From assembly GCA_035626155.1 (NCBI GenBank), contig DASPOF010000089.1, positions 10,828 through 74,827 on the forward strand: 64,000 bases of DNA, in the 5' to 3' direction. Made by a program: the position numbers and the translations under genes. How positions within the stretch are numbered: the stretch's first letter is position 1; every line of letters starts with the position of its first letter. Below the pieces are notes generated by a model. That model ran no database searches. It was not told the DNA's origin and saw nothing but the letters and a program-made list of their open reading frames with translations. The DNA is from Candidatus Binataceae bacterium (lineage in GTDB: Bacteria > Desulfobacterota > Binatia > Binatales > Binataceae). Below, piece after piece: positions 58,668 through 64,000 of the stretch.

Positions 58668-59438
58668 GTGATGCCGATGCTCGACGCCGTGCGTGCCGCG
58701 GCCGCCCCGTGGGGCCTCAATTTGGCCGCCGCGGTACCGGTCGAGCGCTACGATGCGATCGTTGCGCCGCAATACCGGGCCAGCGCGATCGGTCCGCGCG
58801 CGCGCTCGATAATCGTGCTCGGAAACGGCGGCGGCGCTTTCTGGGAGGCGTTCAAACGACACGCCGAGCGCAACCCGGGATGGCGCGATCGCGATCATCC
58901 CCTCGATGATTTCACGCACGAGATAATCGAGCGCGACGTTGCCCGCGCCGCTCGGTCCGCAGGCGCACATTGCATCACCGTCTATCCCTTCATGGACAAC
59001 GGCGCGACGCTGAATTTCATCGCGCTTGCGACCGTGGCCGGACTGGCCGGCCCGAGCATCCTCGGCGTCGCCGTTCATCCGCTATTCGGCCCGTGGATCG
59101 CGTTTCGCGCCGCCCTGCTGACCGACGTACTCATCGACGAGCCCGGCCGCGCGCTCAAGTTTGATCCATGCCCGGCGTGCGCGACCCGCGATTGCATCGC
59201 GGCCTGTCCGGCCGGCGCGGTCGCGTTCCCCTCGGGATGGGATATTCCGAAGTGCCTGGCGCATCGAGTCGAAGTGGAAGCCGGCTGTGCGCCGCGATGT
59301 CACGCCCGAGCGGCGTGCGTGCTCGGACCCGAGCATCGGTACCCCGACGATGCGCTCGCGTACCATCAGATGCGCGCGCTCCGCGCGATGCGCCCGTATT
59401 ACGAGGAACACATCAAAGGGAAGCAGAGAAAAGCTTGA
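58668..59438 (+). CDS. Cys-rich Fe-S protein, QueG/DUF1730-like N-terminal half
   Basis: CPACATRDCIAACPAGAV ferredoxin-like motif plus additional Cys (CLAHRVEVEAGCAPRCHARAAC). Family assignment is tentative. Confidence 0.45.
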   Translation: MMPMLDAVRAAAAPWGLNLAAAVPVERYDAIVAPQYRASAIGPRARSIIVLGNGGGAFWEAFKRHAERNPGWRDRDHPLDDFTHEIIERDVARAARSAGAHCITVYPFMDNGATLNFIALATVAGLAGPSILGVAVHPLFGPWIAFRAALLTDVLIDEPGRALKFDPCPACATRDCIAACPAGAVAFPSGWDIPKCLAHRVEVEAGCAPRCHARAACVLGPEHRYPDDALAYHQMRALRAMRPYYEEHIKGKQRKA

Positions 59439-59530
59439 GGACTATCGACCTCGCGCGAGAATTCAGACTCTAGGTTATCGCGGTCGCAGAGCTGTACGGC
59501 ACGGGAGTCGTTATCGCGCAGCGCTTCGCT

Positions 59531-59737
59531 TCAGGGTTCCAGGTACTCGCAGATGGTGGTCGGTGGTGGGACCGGCAAACCGTCGCCTCGCAGACCGTCG
59601 ATATGAAAACGGATGGCTTCGCGGATGTTGCGTTCGACTTCCTCGACGGTGTCGCCGGTCGCGACGCACCCAGCCAAGTCCGGAACGTATGCGGAGAAAT
59701 TCCGCGCCGTCTTCTCTATGACGATCGCGTAACGCAT
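59531..59737 (-). CDS. hicB: type II antitoxin HicB (UPF0150)
   Basis: MRYAIVIEKTARNFSAYVPDLAGCVATGDTVEEVERNIREAIRFHIDGL. Confidence 0.85.
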   Translation of the reverse strand: MRYAIVIEKTARNFSAYVPDLAGCVATGDTVEEVERNIREAIRFHIDGLRGDGLPVPPPTTICEYLEP

Positions 59738-59931
59738 CAGCGGTCTCCCTTAAGCTGCGCTTGCTTCAGGACGCTATTCAGAGTTCCCGGGGCCAAATCA
59801 TCGGAGGGTTTGCCCGCAATCGTTACTCTACCCCGCTTGCTTGCGTGCTTGAACTGGCGGTGGCTACCGCGCGTCGCAGCCAGGAACCAACCGTCGTCTT
59901 CGAGCATCCTGATGACTTCCCGCACTTTCAC
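59737..59931 (-). CDS. hicA: type II toxin HicA (mRNA interferase)
   Basis: MKVREVIRMLEDDGWFLAATRGSHRQFKH...; ATGA overlap with hicB. Confidence 0.85.
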   Translation of the reverse strand: MKVREVIRMLEDDGWFLAATRGSHRQFKHASKRGRVTIAGKPSDDLAPGTLNSVLKQAQLKGDR

Positions 59932-59951
59932 GCGGCGACCGGTGCCAGCGG

Positions 59952-60926
<975 letters not shown>

Positions 60927-60982
60927 CACGATATCTCCGCCCGCGCGGGCCTGATCAAATATAGATAATGAGGCGGCACTCC

Positions 60983-61048
60983 AACAGGCTGTGATTTATC
61001 ACAGCCTGTTCCCCCTCTCTTATCTCCCCCGGGAAAGACCGGGGGAGA
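60983..61048 (-). promoter_or_regulatory. two consecutive hairpins in the hemB leader / cobA-hemD to hemB spacer
   Basis: AACAGGCTGTGA-ttta-TCACAGCCTGTT (12-bp perfect stem, 60983-61010) and TCTCCCCCGG-gaaaga-CCGGGGGAGA (10-bp perfect stem, 61023-61048). Confidence 0.55.
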
Positions 61049-61073
61049 AGATAGAGGAAAGCAGCCATCTTTC

Positions 61074-61141
61074 ATGCAGGATGTTGAGACCGTGGCGCAT
61101 TCGAAGTGCGATGACCGCGCCTTCTTCAACATCCTGCTATG
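61074..61141 (-). repeat. about 68-nt palindromic intercistronic element, copy 2 (overlaps the cobA/hemD stop codon)
   Basis: Plus strand TGCAGGATGTTGAGACCGTGGCGC...CGCGCCTTCTTCAACATCCTGCTA. 13-bp perfect terminal inverted repeats GCAGGATGTTGAG/CTCAACATCCTGC. The terminal CTA is the TAG stop of cobA/hemD on the minus strand. Confidence 0.7.
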
Positions 61142-62684
61142 AAGCTCCCGCGCGCCCGCTGAAGTAATCGCAAATTGCCGCGGCAAGCGCGGGGACTGTG
61201 TATCGCATCGGACGCACGACCACCTCGAACCCTTTTTTCTCCGCAGTCTGCGCGGTAATCGGGCCGATCGCCGCGGCCTTGATCGGCCGCGTGGGCTCGC
61301 CGACCATCGCGCAGAAATTCGTCACCGTGCTCGAACTGGTGAACGTCACAAGGTCGATTTCGCCCGCGGCGGCCATCTCGCGAACCCGGTCGGCCGCCGC
61401 AACCTTGGGTCTCACAGTTCGATAGGCGTGCACGACCGCGACCTCGCGCGCGCCGGCGCCGCGGAGAATTTCGGGCAGCGCCTCGCGCGCGACCTGCGCA
61501 CGCGGGATGAGAATGCGGGTGCCGCGGATCCGGCGCCGTCCGATCGCCGGCACGATCGCCTCCGCGCGGTACTCCTCCGGCATCGCGGCGACCCTCAGCG
61601 CGTAAGCGCGGACACGCTCGGCGGTTGCCGGGCCGATCGCGCCGATCGACGCGCGGCTCATTTCGCGGATGTCGTGGCCGAGCCGCTTCACCCTCGCGAT
61701 GAACGCATCGACGCCGGTTGCGCTCGTGAAGATCACCCAGTCGAATTTCCCAAGCCGCGCGATCGCCCGATCGAGCGCCGCGTAGCTCGTCGGAGGCGCG
61801 AACTCGATCGTCGGGAACTCGATCACGTCAGCGCCGAGCGCGCGCAGGTCGGCGGCGAAGCCAGAGGCCGCATCGCGGGCGCGGGTCACCACGATTCGCT
61901 TGCCGAACAGCGGCATCGCCTCGAACCACTTGACCTGATCGCGCAATCCCGCGCATTCACCGACGACTATCACTGCCGGAGCGCCGAGCTTTTCGCGCTC
62001 GCACCGCGCGGCCAGCGTCGCCAGCGTTGCCCGGACGGTCCTCTGCGATGCGGTCGTGGCCCACTGAATCGCGGCGGCCGGGGTGCGCGAGGCAAGTCCG
62101 GCCTTCACAAGCTCGCCGAGCACGTCGCGCATCCGCTCGCTCGCCATCAGGAGCACCAAGGTTCCGCCGCGTTTTGCTGCCGCGGCCAATTCTTTCCACG
62201 GCACCGGCGCGGACGATTTCTTGCTCGAACCTCGATGGCCGGTCAGGAATGCGACGAAGGAACCGTACCTCCGATGCGTCAGCGGAATTCCGGCATACGT
62301 CGGCGCCGCGATCGCGGAAGTAACGCCGGGGACCACCTCGAATGCGACGCCAGCATGGGCCAGCGCCTCGGCTTCCTCGCCGCCGCGGCCGAAGATGAAG
62401 GGGTCGCCGCCCTTGAGGCGCACGACCGTTTCGCCCCTTCGGGCACGCGCGATTAGAACCTGGTTGAGCGCGTCCTGGTCGATCCTGCGCCCGCTGCCGC
62501 GAATATCTCCGGCGGGTAGGAGCGCGGCTTTCGCGGGCGCCAGCCGGAGCAGATCGGGATTAGCGAGATAATCGTAGATTACGGTATCGGCGCGGCGCAG
62601 GCACTCGGCGCCGCGCATCGTGATCAGATCCGATGCGCCCGGGCCTGCTCCGACCAGGTAAACTTTGCCCCTGCGCTCACGCAT
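61137..62684 (-). CDS. cobA: bifunctional uroporphyrinogen-III C-methyltransferase / uroporphyrinogen-III synthase (CobA-HemD fusion)
   Basis: N-terminal SUMT domain (VYLVGAGPGASDLITMRGAECLRRADTVIYD...GGDPFIFGRGGEE), C-terminal HemD domain. Start at MRERRGKVYLVG, 5 nt after the hemC stop. Confidence 0.85.
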   Translation of the reverse strand: MRERRGKVYLVGAGPGASDLITMRGAECLRRADTVIYDYLANPDLLRLAPAKAALLPAGDIRGSGRRIDQDALNQVLIARARRGETVVRLKGGDPFIFGRGGEEAEALAHAGVAFEVVPGVTSAIAAPTYAGIPLTHRRYGSFVAFLTGHRGSSKKSSAPVPWKELAAAAKRGGTLVLLMASERMRDVLGELVKAGLASRTPAAAIQWATTASQRTVRATLATLAARCEREKLGAPAVIVVGECAGLRDQVKWFEAMPLFGKRIVVTRARDAASGFAADLRALGADVIEFPTIEFAPPTSYAALDRAIARLGKFDWVIFTSATGVDAFIARVKRLGHDIREMSRASIGAIGPATAERVRAYALRVAAMPEEYRAEAIVPAIGRRRIRGTRILIPRAQVAREALPEILRGAGAREVAVVHAYRTVRPKVAAADRVREMAAAGEIDLVTFTSSSTVTNFCAMVGEPTRPIKAAAIGPITAQTAEKKGFEVVVRPMRYTVPALAAAICDYFSGRAGAS

Positions 62685-63630
62685 CGCCCACCAGCGCGCC
62701 AGCGCCGCGGGCAAGCATCCGCTCGCCGAGCCGCACCCCCGCCGCCTCGGCGACCGAGGGCGCCAGATCGCTGTCGAGCGGCTCCTGGAGCGCATCGGCC
62801 AGCTCCCGCGCGCCATCGCGGCTGAATACGATCGCGCGGATCGAAAGCGAGCCGCCCGCCGCGACCGCCCTCACGCCGACCGGTGTCACGCAGGAGGCTC
62901 CGATCGTCGCGAGATACGCGCGCTCGGCCGCGATTTCATACATCGCGCGCGCGTCGTTGATCGCGGTGAGCGCCCGTTCGAGATCGGACGGACGGTCCAG
63001 CCGCGAGTTCTGGAGCATCTCGATCGCAAGTGCGCCCTGGCCGCCCGACGGGATGAAGTCGCGCTCATCGAGCGGCACGAGTTTCAATCCGGCGAGCCGA
63101 TTGAGACGCTGAAGCCCCGCCATCGCGAGAATGATCGCATCGAGACCGCCCTCCTCGATACGCTTGAGGCGCGTGTCCACGTTGCCTCGAAGGGGAGTGA
63201 TCGAAAGATGCGGGTTCACGCGCAGCGCCTCGAACTGCCGGCGCGATGACGAGGTGCCCAGGCGCGTCCCGGCCGGCAGCGACTCGAACCCATCGCCCGT
63301 GCGCGTGACCAGCACATCGCGGGGGTCCACACGCTCTGGCACCGCCGCGAGGCGGAACTCCGGCGGGAGCGCCGCCGGCAGGTCCTTCATCGAGTGGACC
63401 GCGATATCGATCGTGCGCGCCTTGAGCGCCTGTTCCAGCTCGCGGATGAACAATCCCTTGCCGCCGACCTGCGCGAGCGACGCCGATGTCATCTTGTCGC
63501 CGCTGGTTCGAATCTCGACGATTTCAGCGCTGAGACCCGATGCGACCGCGGCCAGGCGTTCGCGGACGATCGCAGCCTGGGTAAGCGCGAGCCGGCTGGG
63601 CCGCGAGCCAATCCTTACCGTAAGAGCCAT
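62677..63630 (-). CDS. hemC: hydroxymethylbilane synthase (porphobilinogen deaminase)
   Basis: MALTVRIGSRPSRLALTQA...AVHSMKDLP...; 317 aa. Confidence 0.95.
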   Translation of the reverse strand: MALTVRIGSRPSRLALTQAAIVRERLAAVASGLSAEIVEIRTSGDKMTSASLAQVGGKGLFIRELEQALKARTIDIAVHSMKDLPAALPPEFRLAAVPERVDPRDVLVTRTGDGFESLPAGTRLGTSSSRRQFEALRVNPHLSITPLRGNVDTRLKRIEEGGLDAIILAMAGLQRLNRLAGLKLVPLDERDFIPSGGQGALAIEMLQNSRLDRPSDLERALTAINDARAMYEIAAERAYLATIGASCVTPVGVRAVAAGGSLSIRAIVFSRDGARELADALQEPLDSDLAPSVAEAAGVRLGERMLARGAGALVGDA

Positions 63631-63651
63631 GATGGATTTCCCGCCGCAGGC

Positions 63652-63723
63652 CGCTAGCAGGCTGGTGTTGAGACCGCAGGGCGGCCGAACTCCGATGCTC
63701 TCGCTTTTCTCAACATCCTGCTA
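63652..63723 (-). repeat. about 70-nt palindromic intercistronic element, copy 1 (overlaps the hemA stop codon)
   Basis: Plus strand TAGCAGGCTGGTGTTGAGACCGCAGGGCGGCC...TTCTCAACATCCTGCTAG. Both ends and the TTGAGACCG-GG-GC core are shared with copy 2. The terminal CTA (63721-63723) is the hemA TAG stop on the minus strand. Confidence 0.7.
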
Positions 63724-64000
63724 GTGGGCCTCGGTTTCGCCATCTTCGTCGGATTCGTCGCCGTCGATCAAGCCGCCGGCGGCATGAAGCTCGCCGCCCA
63801 GCAGACGGCGCGCCACCTCGGCGGCATGCGCGCCCTCGGGCGTGTCGGCGCCGCTCTGGCGAAGGCCGCGCAGAATGCGGTGGAGGAGCTTGTTGGTCAG
63901 CCCGCGCGTGACCCTTTCCACGCGCTCGCGCTCGGCGGGCGCGAGTCCCGCGAGCCATCCGCGATGGCGTCCGAGTTCGAGATGGCGCAGGCGCTCGATG
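63721..64000 (-). CDS. hemA: glutamyl-tRNA reductase, C-terminal dimerisation region (partial; start beyond window end)
   Basis: ...ERVTRGLTNKLLHRILRGLRQ... , the characteristic HemA C-terminal LTNKLLH motif. Stop at 63721-63723. Confidence 0.8.
   Translation of the reverse strand, partial: IERLRHLELGRHRGWLAGLAPAERERVERVTRGLTNKLLHRILRGLRQSGADTPEGAHAAEVARRLLGGELHAAGGLIDGDESDEDGETEAH

Overview
This 64 kb window is from a high-GC bacterial chromosome (roughly two-thirds G+C by eye) and is gene-dense, coding on both strands, and mostly housekeeping. I found no rRNA, tRNA, CRISPR array, transposase or integrase, and no sign of a laterally acquired island. The gene order is listed below; minus-strand genes are marked (-).

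- **1-5 kb:** partial alaS (-), an acyl-CoA dehydrogenase plus a TetR regulator, recA (-) and thpR/ligT (-).
- **5-11 kb:** a DsbA/HCCA-isomerase-like protein, a DUF3108 protein, a HEAT-repeat protein, a DUF1501/DUF1800 pair and a DciA(DUF721)-like protein.
- **11-15 kb:** class II B12-dependent ribonucleotide reductase nrdJ behind a long structured leader, then a DUF385 putative F420-dependent reductase.
- **15-21 kb:** a Zn-ribbon/TPR membrane protein, a GST, and a co-directional pdxR(MocR)-pdxS-pdxT unit.
- **21-26 kb:** lutB-lutC-lutA, a SirB1-like transglutaminase/TPR protein, queG and erpA with a terminator.
- **26-35 kb:** two SDRs, smc (-), an HNH endonuclease and RNase E/G.
- **35-44 kb:** a minus-strand run of rlmI, a Ycf48-like BNR lipoprotein, an MMPL/RND transporter and a ParB-like nuclease-domain protein, then moaC, trxB and a nitronate monooxygenase-like flavoenzyme.
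- **44-53 kb:** two tandem paralogous small tail-anchored membrane proteins divergent from an ICMT-family membrane methyltransferase, then rnhA, glgA, a small secreted Cys/His protein + TonB-dependent receptor + TonB, and galT.
- **53-60 kb:** lon, then a divergent six-gene unit (DUF2203, DUF4149, HAD hydrolase, TIGR00725/LOG-like, PaaI thioesterase, Fe-S protein) and hicAB.
- **60-64 kb:** a heme operon hemA(partial)-hemC-cobA/hemD fusion-hemB (-).

The most interesting non-coding signal is a repeated, palindromic ~70-nt element. It begins exactly at the stop codons of hemA and of cobA/hemD, so it sits in two intercistronic spacers of the same heme operon. Other observations:

- A shared palindromic motif (GGAGG..CGC.TAAGTCCG) in the nrdJ leader and again downstream of the monooxygenase gene.
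- A tandem direct repeat overlapping the pdxR start.
- Several candidate operator palindromes, the clearest directly upstream of the acad-tetR unit.
- The small-protein pair plus ICMT methyltransferase, which is the best protein-level candidate for something undescribed.

All functional calls come from motif and family recognition by eye on the supplied translations. I ran no database searches.
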